A DNA stretch of 64,000 nucleotides from Octopus vulgaris (taxonomy: Eukaryota), in assembly GCA_951406725.2 (NCBI GenBank), contig OX597821.1, forward strand, positions 43,648,001 through 43,712,000, written 5' to 3'. The stretch's first letter is position 1. Every line of letters begins with the position of its first letter. Below the pieces are notes generated by a model. The model made no database searches. It was not told the DNA's origin and worked only from the letters and a program-made list of their open reading frames with translations. A program made the position numbers and the translations under genes. Below are positions 1 through 14,100 of this stretch, one piece after another.

Positions 1-26
1 CCATGAATTATGATTATTATTATTAC

Positions 27-425
27 AAGGCAGTGAGCTGGCAGAGTTGTTAGCATGCTGGATGAAATGCTTAGCGGTATTTCATTTGCAGCTACGTTCT
101 GAGTTCAAATTCCGCCGAGGTCAACTTTGCTTTTCATCCTTTCGGGGTCAATTAAATAAGTATCAGTTACACACTGGGGTCAATATAATCGACTTAATCC
201 GTTTGCCTGTCCTTGTTTGTCCCCCCTGTGTGTAGCTCCTTGTGGGCAGTAAAGAAATAGGTATTTCATCTGCAGCTACGTTCTGAGTTCAAATTCTGCT
301 GAGGTCAGCTTTGCCTTTCATCCTTTTGGGGTCAATAAATTGAGTACCAGTTGCATATTAGGATTGATCTAATCGACTGGCCCTCCCCACACCAAATTTC
401 AGGCTTTGAGTCTATAGTAGAAAAG
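27..425 (+). mobile_element. tRNA-derived SINE (family A), internally dimeric copy
   Basis: A-box-like gagctggcagag and B-box-like gagttcaaattcc; the body gcctttcatcctttcggggtc..ataagtaccag occurs twice; (TTA)n flanks; same layout at 47455-47850. Confidence 0.8.
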
Positions 426-445
426 ATTATTATTATTATTATTAC

Positions 446-660
446 AAGGCAGCAAGTTGGCAGAACCATTAGCATGCTGGGTGAAATGCTTAGCAACAGT
501 TTGTCTGTCTTAATGCTCTGAGTTCAAATTTCACCAAGGTCAAGTTTGCCTTTCATCCTTTTGGGGTCCATAAAGTAAGTACCAGTTGAATGCTAGGGTC
601 GGTATAATCGACTTATCCCCTCCCCCCAAATTGCTGGCCTTGTGCGAAAATCTGAAATCA
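446..660 (+). mobile_element. SINE family A monomer (other copies about 5858-6077 -, 19024-19240 +, 23030-23235 -, 23270-23475 -, 30689-30898 -, 57460-57840 +)
   Basis: Direct sequence similarity among copies; (TTA)n tails. Confidence 0.8.
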
Positions 661-825
661 TTATTATGATTATTACTATATTTATCCTAGATTATATCAG
701 CACAGCTCACTACAATCCCATAAAACTGTTATTGCAAGTTAATATCATTAGGCCGTAGCTGACATAATAAAACTGGAGCTTTTATATGCATACTCAAAAA
801 CGTTTCCAGTAAATGAACTTAAGGG

Positions 826-1066
826 ATGTATGTATGTATGTATGTATGTATGTATGTATGTATGTATGTATGTATGTATGTATGTATGTATGTATGCATG
901 CATGCATGCATGCATACATGAATGCATGTATGTATGTATGTATGTATGTATGTATGTATGTATGCATGCATGCATGCATGCATACATGAATGCATGTATG
1001 CATGTATGTATGTATGTATGTATGTATGTATGTATGTATGTATGCATGTATGTATGCAGATATGTA
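826..1066. repeat. (TATG)n/(CATG)n compound microsatellite, representative of dozens of (TA)n, (CA)n, (TATG)n, (TAA)n, (TAGA)n and (GA)n tracts
   Basis: Seen directly. Confidence 0.98.
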
Positions 1067-1076
1067 TGAATCTATA

Positions 1077-1779
1077 CAGGTGTGCTGTGAATGAATTGTC
1101 ATCTAAATAATGCAAAAATGAAAATAACACTGACATCTCATTTTAACAGATCTATTTACCAAAATTACATAGAAATATCTTGAAATACTAAAGAGTAAAT
1201 TTATTCAATAAAATCACTATTGGCTTCAACCTCAGCCTCCAGACAACTTTGGAATCTCCTGCAAGTCTTCTGGATGGTCTCCTTGTTTAAGTTAGTCAAT
1301 GCTGTCATAATCGTTGCCTTCAGTTCATTTTTGGAGTTTCAAGGAGTTTGCTGATCTCATGCTCAACTGCACCCTACACATAATAATCAGGGGAGTGGGG
1401 TTACAGTTTGGGGAGTTAGATGGCCATGTGTTAGGGGTGGTGTAGTTGCAGAAATTGTCTGACTTCCATAACAGGGTTCTCTTGCTTGTGTGGCATGGTG
1501 CAATATCCTGTTGCCAGACATAGGGTCTTCCTGCAGCTACCCTCTTGACCCAGAGCAGTACTACTTCCTCCAGGCACTTAATGTAGGCTTCCACGTTGTG
1601 TCTAAGGCTGAGTGGGAAGATGAATGGAGACATAACATTGTCATCACAAGTAATCACTCCAAACACCATGATGTTGACTGGTTGTTTGATTTTTATCATT
1701 TTCGGTACATGTTTTGGTGATATGGCAAACCAAAGGTTGTTCTGTGTGTTCACCATCTGATCCTGGCAGAAATCTTCCT
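1077..1779 (-). mobile_element. Tc1/mariner DD37D (maT-type) transposon relic, 3' half
   Basis: ORF 1325-1756 has VMVFG-like IMVFGVIT, WQQDIAPCH and WPSNSPNCNP, then LDYY after a frameshift, giving ~37-residue D-D spacing; terminus TA|caggtgtgc. Confidence 0.8.
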
Positions 1780-2599
1780 TGTGATAAGGTCTAGTGACAC
1801 AGTCTTTTCTAAATCTCCGTCTGCGCCGATAGCTTGCTATAAAACTTCAGTGATTCATTGAGTTGAAGTCTTTGGTTCTAGACCTTCTAAGGTCTAACCA
1901 CTGACCACAGAGCACACAGCCAGTTCCAGCGACAGACAACACCAGCAGCTCACATGGAGACTCAACTTCGTCAAGCAGCATCAGGACCTCCATCTCTGTC
2001 GCCTTTGTCTTAATGTCAACAACATCTCTCTATGTACACCCAGGTTCTATCTCAACACTATTCGCGAGTTACTTCACCATGGTTAACTGCAAGTACAACC
2101 TGTGAGATCTTCCTGTATCAAGTGACCGGCAGTGGCATAGTAGCCACAACTTCTTACACGACATATGCTTCAACCAGCTCTGCTTCTTTGCCACAACTTC
2201 TTGTTACAGCACTTCAACTATTGTGTACCTTACTACGAACTGGTATTTATCTTGTGTCTGAACATTCTTCTAACGTCCTGTTATAGACTCTTTCTATGCT
2301 CCGTATTTTATCTCACACACATACACATTATGTATACATGATGGCCTGTCTATTGTTATTATTATATATGTACTTATGCCGAATACACAGACATACATGT
2401 TAACACCTAAATATAATCTTCTCTTAAACCTTCTATCGGTTGTGTCTTTCTTTTCCTTTTGGCACTTGTACTCATTTATCCTTTTTTGCTTTTATTGTAA
2501 GCGACTATGAGGTGTATTAAAGGAGTCATCCATTCGTCACCTCTCCTGTGCAGTCGTCCTTACACTGGTTATACTTCTACAATACACAATATTTCAACA
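1780..2599 (+). mobile_element. possible solo LTR
   Basis: Abruptly truncates the maT relic; starts TGT and can end ACA; TATA-like ctataaaa near 1837 and attaaa near 2517; no TSD found. Confidence 0.3.
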
Positions 2600-3450
2600 A
2601 TTTTTTCATATAATTCCTAACAATATTCAGTTATGAAAATATGATAGGATTTTATTTAAACATTGAATGGCTATGAGGGTTCAATACAGTAAAAGAGAAA
2701 TCAAAAGGAGCCCATAGGTTTAAAATGGTTAAGAACCAATGATTTAGACAATGATATTTATTCCATTCCCCACTGATTACAGTTTGAAATCAGTTTTTAA
2801 ACAGATTTTCACAATAGAAAAATCAACAAGCTTTATTTCTGTTCATTCTCCAGACTATGAAGTATGATTGTATAAAAAGGTACAGTTTTGGCAAATAAAC
2901 ATTATAATAAACTGGTAAAGAATTCTAAGTCTTTTGCTATCTGACCTCAAAAGTTATTAAATGTTTTATCTGCTTTGATAATCTTAATGCTGGCCAGATG
3001 TCACCCAGACCATGATTCTTGTGTTATAAACAGCTCTTTGATATGCCAGAGCTATACACACACCACAAGTACATGATAGTCATTACAAGGGATACACATA
3101 AAGAATAAGTAAAACAAAAATTCTATACATGAATGAACAACATTACCATTGTATAAATAAGCTTGTTGATCTGTCTTGATATTGTTTAAGTCTGTTACAT
3201 ATCAGATTTTATAGTGGAGAACAGAATAAATATCAATAGTTAAATTGTGGAAACAGCAGCCTTTGCTTTAGATGAGGGAATGGTTTCTATAACCTCCAAG
3301 GCCACAGACATGAAACTCTGAGCAATAGAATACTTTAAACTGGAACTATAAACCTCCACTGAATAAGTACTCCAAGTGACTGAGTTCTCCTTTCCTTTGT
3401 TCCTATCGTTACCTACCACGTAAAATACCACTTGTAAACACATCTCTTTC

Positions 3451-3481
<31 letters not shown>

Positions 3482-4355
3482 CTATATATATATGGAAACA
3501 TATCTTTCTATGTATCTTTTTTCTTTCTTTGTGTCTCTCTGTCTGTCTGTCTGTCAATGTGCATTCATGCACGCATGCACACACACACACACACACACAT
3601 GTACACACACAAACACACACGCACACACAGACACAAACACACATACAAACACACACATGCGCACACTCACATTCAGATACATACAAATATGTATGTGTGT
3701 ATGTATGTATATATGTGTATATATATATGTATATATATATATATGTATATATGTATATATATATATATATATATATACATATATATATCATGTATGTGTG
3801 TGTATCATCATCATCATCATCATCATTTAATGTCCATTTTCCTTGCTGGTATGGATTGGCCAGTTTGATTAGAATTGGTAAGGCTAGGGGAAGCACCAGG
3901 CTCCATTGTTTGTTCTGGCATAGTTTCTATGGCTTGATGCCCTTCGTTATGCCAATCAATCCACAGAGTGTACTGGGTGCTTTTTACATGGCACCAGCAC
4001 ACGCACATATGTAAACTCACATATATAAACAAGTTCTTCTAGCCAGACTTGACTGCCTGTAACTTTCACACTAAAATAAACATGAGAAGAACAGTACAAG
4101 AATAAACTGGAAGATTTGTAATTTAATGAGAAGCGTTATTTGAAGTAATGATAAAGAATCTTACATGTATACATACATATATATATGTATAAATATGTAT
4201 ATGTATACATAAATATGTATAATTTACAAAATAAGGGCAAAAGAAAAATTCTAATGCCAAATATGCCGAAAAAAAGACAAAAATTGTCAATAACCATTAT
4301 AATTTATGCATCTCGAAACAAACCGATAGAAATTTCTAAAAAATCCGTTATTACC

Positions 4356-4410
4356 ATATTGGTCCAATTTCGGGGTTAATTCATAAGAATTTTCCCCTCT
4401 TCAGCAATAT
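4356..4410 (-). ncRNA. degenerate type I hammerhead ribozyme motif
   Basis: Minus strand reads atattg-CTGAAGA-gggg..cccc-GAAA-ttggac-caatat; stems I and II pair, but stem III and the cleavage triplet are decayed (GAC). Confidence 0.55.
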
Positions 4411-5668
4411 ACGTGGGATATAAGTGAAATACTTACTCATACCCATGGAAAAAGCAAGTACTAAGTCCTGAGAAGACCTAAGTACCCCAAATATATCCAA
4501 AATAGAAAAACTTTGGCACATCTCGAGACACGTGTGATTCGAACTAGAAACTTTCACAGAGTGAGAGAATCTGGAAGTGAACACTATTCAATTTATAACT
4601 AATGTAGGATAAAATTTTTTCGGGAAAAAATTTTTATCAATGGCCAGCATATCAAAAAATACCTTTAAAGGTTAAATTCATAAATAATTTACAAAATATT
4701 TTGTAAATTACAACACACAAACATATATATACTCCTTGACAAATCTTTCCTCCATGACACATCTTTTTGATACCCTCTCTCCAAATCCATGTTCATTGTT
4801 CCACTACACTCACTTCACTCTATCTCCCACTCTTTTTTCATACATTTGTGAACTTACCTGCAAGCAATCTGTCCCTGACAAATCTCTAACCCCACATCAT
4901 ATTCTCCTAACGCCCCTCTTTCCACTCATGTTCATTCATTGTATTCCCCTCCCCTCCATCTCTCACTCTCCTGTTGTGCTCTTGTGAGCTTACCCACCCA
5001 ATAACCCTATCCAACGGTGACGGCAGTGGCCGGCGCGGGGCAACGCGAATGCTACCGCCTATACCACTTCATTAATATACACCTCCCTGTAAATTTAGAG
5101 TATACCAACACATCTTCACCATCTCACACTCTCTCTCCTCCCTCTTTTTTCAACTGGGGTAGCCACGTACCTCCTCTACAGCAAGACAACTGTTGCAGTC
5201 TCTTCATCATAATTTAACCTCTCATCACCTGGCACAAAACCTTCCCATTCAAAACTACTTCCCACTGACAGTAAAATGGGGAACCTAAAGATATTTAGTC
5301 TATTGAAAAAAAAAATGGGATTTATAGTAAATTGAAATGAGATTTAAACTATGATCATAAATGTATCTAATTATAAAGAAAAGGTATTTTGCCTAGCGTG
5401 TTATTTATGAAAGATATTTGGAGATTAAGAGATAAAGGAGAAATCACCAGATTAATATGGGCAATGCTAGATAAGGCATGTGCATTTTAAAATAGATTGG
5501 AATGTCATGATCTTTGTTGTTGTGATAATATTGTGGTAATTTACAGAGAAAGTTCATATTTGCTAAGTGTCTTCAGTCGTCAACAAAATAAATATATTCT
5601 AACCTGCTGACATATGTACAAATTCTTTTCTGTGCACTTGAAAACATTCCCCACTGATGCATGTTGAA

Positions 5669-5740
<72 letters not shown>

Positions 5741-5762
5741 CACCACCACCACCACCACCACA

Positions 5763-5829
<67 letters not shown>

Positions 5830-6099
5830 ATGATAATAATAATAATAATAATAATTTCTGCTATAGGCACAAGGCCCAAAATTTTGGGGGAGGGGAGGGT
5901 AGAATGGACTAGTTGATTACATTGGCCTCAGTGTTTCACTGGCTCTTCATTCATCGACCCCAAAAAGATGAAAGCAAAGTCAACCTCAGTGGGATTTGAA
6001 CTGAGAAAGTAGCAATGGGCAAAATACCGCTAAGCATTTCGTCCAGCATGCTAACAATTCTGCCAGTTCACCACCTTAATAATAATAATAGTAATAGTA

Positions 6100-6486
6100 A
6101 TGTCCCTTAGTGGCTGACGATATGTGCATCTCTGATCACAAGCAGAAGTAGCGGGGAGCATCATAACCATGTGTTGAGAGGGATTCTTTGGGGTTTGAAT
6201 AATTCACCTCTGGAAATATGGCTGGTTCTTTCAACATCCTTAAACAACCCTTATTCAGGGACCTTTTGAGCGGGATGGGCTACTCAGCCTGAAGAAAATT
6301 CTAACTGGGCCCCACCTGCAAGGTCATGTGCTGTTTATCTTGATATAAGATCACCATGTCACGCACATATGGTTGTGATGCATGTGCCTGGTGCACCCTT
6401 ATCAGACGGGTAGTCATGATGGGTATGCTGGGCTTTGTATATTCTATCCCAGTGTCACTTTGATGGCATGCACTGCTCTCTCACTC

Positions 6487-6487
<1 letters not shown>
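6100..6487 (+). mobile_element. non-coding (TAA)n-tailed retroposon, 5'-truncated copy
   Basis: Matches the 3' part of 22057-22613; same 3' end (cactcaataataat) within TAA repeats. Confidence 0.75.
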
Positions 6488-6524
<37 letters not shown>

Positions 6525-6558
6525 TGATAATAATAATAATAATAAAAAAATAATAATG

Positions 6559-6584
<26 letters not shown>

Positions 6585-6591
<7 letters not shown>

Positions 6592-6805
6592 TATTCAGAC
6601 AAATACATAACAAAAACACCAGGACTTACAAACACATATAACATACAGAAAATTGCACTACTAGGCACTGCACACATCCTACGCAGAACACTTTCCATAC
6701 AATAACCATCAGAGCATCACAACAAATCACAGCACATACCCAAGGCACACAGAGCTGCACTCGGTAGTGAAGTGAAAGCACGCTATAAAAATAAAAATAA
6801 AACTA

Positions 6806-6810
<5 letters not shown>
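6585..6810 (+). mobile_element. R4/Dong-clade non-LTR element 3' end in (TAA)n; shorter copy about 7398-7505
   Basis: C-terminal IQKIALLGTAHILRRTL motif; 3' UTR shared with the 7398 copy; both flanked by (TAA)n. Confidence 0.8.
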
Positions 6811-6857
<47 letters not shown>

Positions 6858-7333
6858 GTAATAATAATAATAATTATGATAATAATGATAATAAATGAGA
6901 ATTATTTGAAGATGATCCCTGGCTTGACATCCATGCAAGAAGTTTAAAAGATTGATTTAACTGGTATGTCACATGTATTGAGAAGAGCATTGTTGCTGTC
7001 TGTGAATTTTCTTTCCTTTTTTCCCCCTTTATTTTCTGTTTCCTTTCTTCCATTTTTTTTCTAATTTTAAAAATGTTTCTTCTTTCTTTTCTTCCTTTCT
7101 TTCTTTTTTCTTTTTCCTTCTTTCTCTTTTTTCCTTCTTTCTCTCTTCTCTTTTTTCTTTCTTTCTTCCTTGCTTTTTTCTTTCTTTCTTTTTTTTCTAC
7201 CACATAACTTTGTAAATGAACAATCTGGTGTGTTTATTTTAATGGCCTACCAATGCATACAATGAGTCTCTTTGCCTTAGATGTTGGGAAGGTACTTGCC
7301 AAAAAATGGAAACAAAATTGAAAGAAGAGGATG

Positions 7334-7400
<67 letters not shown>

Positions 7401-7508
7401 AGTAACCATAAGAGCATCACAGCAAACCACAACACAAACCCAAGGCACACAGAGTTGCACTCGGTAGTGAAGTGAAAGCATGCTATAAAAACAAAGCTTC
7501 TGAATAAC

Positions 7509-7573
<65 letters not shown>

Positions 7574-8117
7574 TAATAATAATGATAATAATAATAATTG
7601 ACAGTCGAGACCCCTTGCTTACTGTATAATACAGTAAGTGCATTTGGTCATTCCTTCTTACTTAGCTCATGTTTACAATTAGCCAAAGCAACAACTAAAT
7701 GAAACCATGGTTTCAGATATGTAACCTTGTTTAGCTTACATATAAAGAAACATATATGCATTTATGACACAATGGTGTATTGATCATTTTAAAGTTTTTG
7801 TGACAAAAAAGAAACAAAAACTGTGTATGTGTGTGTGTGTGTGTGTGTATCATCATCATCATCATCCTTTTAAGGTCCAGTTTTACATGACTGTATGGTT
7901 CATGAAGTTCATTGAGGCAAATTTTCTATGGCTGGATGCCCTTCCTGGCACCAACCCTTACTTGTTTCCAAGCAAAGTACTATTTTTCCCATGACCAGGC
8001 ATGTTTCCACAGAAAACAAGAAATGAGAGACACTGTTTGTATGGTATTGACACTTATTTACATTTATCAAGGAATCTCAAGACACGAAGTCATAAACATG
8101 TGCACATATATATATAT

Positions 8118-8530
8118 TACTCTTTTACTCTTTTAGTTGTTTCAGTGATTTGACTGCGGCCATGCTGGAGCACCGCCTTTTTTTAATCGAGCAACTCGAC
8201 CCCGGGACTTATTCTTTTGTAAGCCCAGTACTTATTCTATCGGTCTCTTTTGCCGAACCGCTAAGTAATGAGGACATAAACACACCAGTATTGGTTATCA
8301 AGCAATGCTAGGGGGACAAACACAGACACACAAACACACACACGCATATATATATATACATATATACGACAGGCTTCTTTCAGTTTCCGTCTACCAAATC
8401 CACTCACAAGGCTTTGGTCGGCCCGAGGCTATAGTAGAAGACACTTGCCCAAGGTGCCAGGCAGTGGGACTGAACCCGGAACCATGTGGTTGGTAAACAA
8501 GCTACTTACCACACAGCCACTCCTACGCCT
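8118..8530 (-). mobile_element. CORE-like tRNA SINE (family B); other copies about 16150-16310, 27778-28175, 32360-32560, 39454-39610, 46940-47275, 63955-64000
   Basis: Minus strand gggttcagtcccactg..gcaccttgggcaagtgtctt (B-box plus CORE-like segment); multiple dispersed copies. Confidence 0.8.
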
Positions 8531-8862
8531 ATGGCTCAGTGGTTAGAGCGTCGAGCTTACGATCGTGAGGTTGTGAGCTGGAATCCCGGACCGGGCTGCG
8601 TGTTGTGTTCTCGAGCAAGGCACTTTATTTCACGTTGCTCCAGTTCACTCAGCTGTAGAAATGAGTTGCGACGTCACAGGTGCCAAGCTGTATCGACCTT
8701 TGTCTTTCCCTTGGATAACACTGGTGGCGTGGAGAGGGGAGGCTGGTATGCATGGGCGACTGCTAGCCTTCCATAAACAACCTTGCCCGGACTTGTGTCT
8801 AGGAGGGTAACTTTCTAGGTGCAATCCCATGGTCATTCATGACCGAAGGGGGTCTTTACCCT
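8531..8862 (+). mobile_element. CORE-like tRNA SINE (family C); other copies about 29690-29950, 35965-36230, 36385-36555, 49490-49635 (all minus)
   Basis: A-box tggctcagtgg, B-box-like ggaatccc, CORE-like tgtgttctcgagcaaggcacttt. Confidence 0.8.
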
Positions 8863-9812
8863 TTATATATATATATATATATATGCATATAGATAGATAG
8901 ATATGTACATATATATACATATATATGTATACATATATATATACATATATGTATACATATATATATATACATATATGTATACATATACATATACACAGCT
9001 CACACAATAGGTTTCTTTCAGTTTTCGTGTGTCAAATTTATTCTTCAGGTAAAAATGCAAAGAGATTGTTAAATCAAACCATATTCCACAGAACATATAC
9101 TTCATGTAGGTTCTTTTATAAGTATTTCACTGACATATCACAGTTAAAACAAAATAAAACACAAAAAAAACTTCAATCCTAAACTCCAAATTTAGTTCAA
9201 CCAGTCATGGAATTAGTGGACAAAAAATCAAAATATAGAACAGAATACACTGATATTTAGACTGATAAACAAAATTAAGATATAAAATTTATCTTTGTGT
9301 CTAGATGGTTCCAATTACTGTTCTGCAATAAATCTTATACTATTGAATAAAACTCTGATATTCGCTATGCAAAACTCTGATTTATCTACACCAGGTTTTT
9401 ATATTATCCTAGGTGCATGTAGAATAATAACAAATTATGATTGTAAACTCTGGATAATATGGGAGATAAAGTGGATACTTTTGTCATAACAATGTATATA
9501 TAACAATAATAAATCTCTGAGTGAGGTATAAACAGTAACTGCAACACAGCTTAATGTATATATATATATATATCATCATCCTCATCATCATCGTTTAAAG
9601 TCCGTTTTCCATGCTAGCATGGGTTGGACGGTTCAACTGGGGTCTGGTAAGCCAGAAGGCTGCGCCAGGCCCAGTCTGATCTGGCAGTGTTTCTACAGCT
9701 GGATGCCCTTCCTAATGCCAACCACTCCGAGAGTGTAGTGGGTGCTTTTTATGTGCCACCTGCACACATATATATATATATATATATATAGATAGATAGA
9801 TAGGTAGGTAGT

Positions 9813-9891
<79 letters not shown>

Positions 9892-9914
9892 CACACATAC
9901 ATACATACATACAT

Positions 9915-11130
9915 GCAGCTTTTTGAGGTATTTTGTGTGAATTTAGAAAAGGACACATAATTCATCAAGGAAAAACTATATTTCAAAACAAACTGATGCA
10001 TATAATCTTGGGAATCTCTCTATCATACCCATTCAATGGATCAACCAATAGTATCAATGGCTGCTTCAGTACAAGGCCAGAAGTGTTGACATGCACAAAT
10101 GAGATTACCTTATCAATTTTGGATATAGTGCTGGTTATGGTGGACTTGAGAGGTTGTATGGTGTTATGGGTATGTTGACTGGACTTTTTCTCAACTATGT
10201 CCCATACATAACAGTCTAGTGGATTGAGGTTTGGTGAACTAGGAGGTCATGTGTCTGGGAGAACATGATCATGGAAATTGGCATACATTCACGCTTGGGT
10301 TGTCCTAGCCTTATGAGATATTCTTCCATTGTATACTCTGTCTATCCAGAGCCTCACAACTTTCTTCAGCACCTCTGCATAGGCAGTAGCATTGACCCTT
10401 AAGGCCTGTGAAAAACAAGTGAGCAAGCATGGCACTTGCCTTGTTGCTGACAATTTTCAAAACCATCACAGTTTGTAGGAACTTAGTATGCTTAACTGTT
10501 GGGACCTCATTTGGGTCTCTACATAACCATCTGTTATGCCTTTGGTTTACCTTTTGGTCCTGATTGAAGATTTTCTTCAGAAAAAATCAGCACATTCCAG
10601 CCTCTTGGTGTTTTAACTTGTTTAGCAAGAGCTTTGCATTGATCAAACAATTCTCTCCTGTCACATCCAGCTTAAACTGACCTCTCCGCAGCACATATGA
10701 CTTGTATCAGATGTCCTCATGCACAACTCTCCTGATGGTGCATTCTAAAACATTGAGGCCCTTTGCAATGGCTTTGATTGACTTTTGGGGGGGATTTTAC
10801 TAAGTATTTCTTGGACATTTTGTTCACATTTATGTGTTCTGGTGGTATTAGGACCCTGTACATGTGGTTTGTGTTTAGCTGCTGGATCCCCATCAGCAGC
10901 TAGCAACTCCTTTTGAACTCTGGCAATGAAGGATCAGGCAACTTTCAGAAAGTGAGCTATCTCTGCATCACTCTGCTTCACTTTTAAGGCATTGATTACT
11001 GTGTGCCTTTTCATTTGCTGAGGCAGCCTGATGTTTGAAATTATTTATCTGAAAAGTAAGGTAAAAAAATAAGTTAGTAGAAAGTTAGAGCTCTTGAAAG
11101 AGGTGTCTTAAAAAAAACTGATGCACCCTG
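9915..11130 (-). mobile_element. decayed near-full-length DD37D-type Tc1/mariner element
   Basis: Terminus TA|cagggtgcatcag; disrupted transposase frame beginning MKRHTVINALKVKQSDAEIAHFLKV, homologous in type to the 1077-1779 relic. Confidence 0.7.
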
Positions 11131-11142
11131 TATGTATGTATG

Positions 11143-14100
11143 TCATTATTCAGTTTATTTCAAGATTTCTTGGCAATAGAGAAAGAACCGGTTTCTAACC
11201 TAGATCCAAGGCTCCTTCATTGGAAATGCAACATCAACAACGAGGTGTTGTTGCTTGTATGTATGTATGTATGCATGTATGTATGTATGTATGTATGTAT
11301 GTATGTATGTATGTATGTATGTATGTATGTATGTATGTATGTATGTATGTATGTATGTATGTATGTATGCATGCATGCATGCATGCTTGTATGTATGTAT
11401 GCATGCATGTATGTATGAATGCATGTATGTATGTATAGATAGCTGGATGAATGGATGGATGGATGTATGTGCAGATTTGTATGTTTTATGTATGTATTCT
11501 CATGCATATAGTTGCATATCTAGACATGCTCATATATATTTAAATGATAAACTTCTGGAAAGTTTTACAGATTTTTACAGTTCCAGTGATGGATTGGATC
11601 TGTAGTCTTTGAATTACCTTTATCCTTTCTGGTTTTGAGAAGCCTAATTTCTCAAGATTAGTATTTAGGGTTACATATCCCAGGGCCACAATAATTACAG
11701 GTATAAACCTGAACTTGTAATCTGGATAGACTAACAGCAGATTTCTCAATAGTTCGGCATAGGTGTTCTCTTTTTCACAAATCTTCAGTTTTATGTTAAT
11801 GTCCACTGGGCAGCTAATTTTCACAACTGTGCACAGCTTCTCTTCTCTATCCCAAATCATTATATCAGGTGTGTTGTGCTTACATTTTATTGAGGTCTTC
11901 ACGGGGACATTCCACCAGTATTCCTTTTTATTAAGAGTGGCTATGGCTTCTACCATAATGTGGGTTCTTATTCCTTTGCCCTCAGGATTATCCTTCCAAC
12001 GGATTTCATTATAGAGTGTTCTAGCTACAACATTATGTCTCATAAGTAGATAATACCATGATGACAGTATGATGTGGATGATATCTTCAGTGTGAACTCC
12101 AAAAATATGCATTAGTTGTCACATTTTATTGCTTTTCCTGCATCTCTATCCCTTTTGGGCATCAAGTACTTGGTTGATATTTCCTGTTCTTGGATTGCAA
12201 ATGCATACCCTTCAAAGTGGGAGGTAGTAATCAGGCTGTTGGTCCATGATAGACTGCTTTGATGATCGATGTTACTATCATCATGGAGCATTCTATTAAC
12301 ATTTCCATGCATAATCTTCTGCTCATACAGGCTCATACTTTCATCTGATGATACGTTGTGGTAGAGACATACGACTTCCTTGGGCATGTATTATAGGTTA
12401 TCAGACAAAGAATGTTACTCAAAGAGCTGCCTTCCAAGTCGTATGACGTTATCAGCCTCATGTATGCAAACTTGGTCAAGGGATGCACTTTGACACTTGG
12501 TGATTAAAAGATGTTGCCGAAGAGATATGATGCAACATTCAAAGGCATTTTGGATCAATGTTGAGTCTCTACTGTTTTGTTTTCATTTTAGGTAGAGGCA
12601 ATCTAAATTACTGTTTATGTGGAAATTATGTGTGCTTGTTAGTATTTTTTAGGTTTCTGCATCAATGGCTTGGATCTCCTCAAGTGTCCAATCAAGTAGC
12701 CCAAATGTTGGTATGAGTACTGGCACTGCAAACATTGTGGGCCACTGTTTTACTGAATGCTTTATCTCCTCGGGGTGAGGAGAAACCAGAGTTTTATTGA
12801 ATGCAGAGTTCTGAGTCCAAATTTTCTTTATTCAGCTGTAATATTCTTTAGTAACACATGTTGCCTTTGTAAGATATATTTTCATCCACCCCTAGATACC
12901 TGTAACATTCCTCGTCAGATACAGAGGAAATGGTCAAACTATTGATGGAGATGTTACTAGTCTGGTTCATAGTTTTCCCTCTTTTCACAACCATATAACA
13001 ACATTTATCCTGTCCAAACTCCAACTCTATATTCTTTGAGAATGTTGTAACTAGGCCAAGGTTCTTTTACATCTCATGCATATTCTTTGCATAAGGTTTT
13101 AAGTCATCCACAAGGGAAACAGTGTGTAATTTTGGTTTTTCTGTTTCTTTGTGAACCAGTGAGATATCCTTCAGACTTCCTAAACATGAATGACAAGGGG
13201 TTTACAGAAAGTATAAATAACATCACAGAGAGGCTGTCTCCTTGGGATATACCTTTGCGATATTGTATTCTATCGATGATAATACAGTCACTCTTTGTGC
13301 TTAATTTCAAGATGGTGGCCCATGATAAAGTCAGGTCAGTTATGGCTTTGACTATTCTCACTGAAACTTTATCCAGTTGAAGGGCTTCTAGCATCCATGA
13401 GTGGGGAACAGAGTCAAAGGCTTTTTTGTAATTTAACCACATTGAAACTAGGTTCCTTATATGCTCTTGCATCTCTGACATCAGAGTTTTGTTGATTAGC
13501 AATTGCTCTGCACATTCCCAGACTCCCTTCTTCCCAGGTGCTTGTTCTACTGTGATAATGTTATTGGTTTCACAATGGTCTTGGAGGAAGAGGTTTAAAC
13601 ATGCTTAAACATGTTTATACATTAAGTTCTGGCATGCAATTGGCCAGTAGGTTTTTGCCTTGTGAGTGGTTCTGCATGTGGGGATCAATTTTGTCTCTGC
13701 CAGAGCTAACCAGTGTGGTATGCTATGGCTTCCAGTGAGAGCTTGCTGGTACAGATTGATAAGATATGGTTCGTAGAATGTTAGCTTTTTGTACCAATAT
13801 CCAACAATCAAGTTTCTTCCAGGTGCTTTCCATCCTAGAGTTTCTGGATCATAGATGCAAGAGTTTCACCACCAATGTTGTATGTCTTGGGTGTAACGCA
13901 GGAGCAATAACTTCTTCAGTTTTCTTCCAGCCACAGAGCATCTTGGTTAAACTCTTTCTATTCATTCCAGATTTTCCTCCAGAAGAATTCTATGTCTTCT
14001 CATGAAGAAGCTTCTGTGATGTTCACTGCTCCTCCTCTCATGTCTCCGTATACTGCTGCCTGGTTCCGGTTAATGCTTTTGTTTATTGTTCTTCTCTTGG

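Noticed and set aside
3240-3450. Non-repetitive C-terminus of ORF 3240-3896
   Set aside because: No recognisable motif or convincing splice sites
5604-5653. Minus-strand candidate exon VGNVFKCTEKNLYICQQ resembling a C-type lectin domain end
   Set aside because: Donor is plausible but the acceptor is weak and no partner exons were found; needs RNA-seq
8531-8600. tRNA gene
   Set aside because: tRNA-like head continues into a SINE body present in several copies; cloverleaf is degenerate
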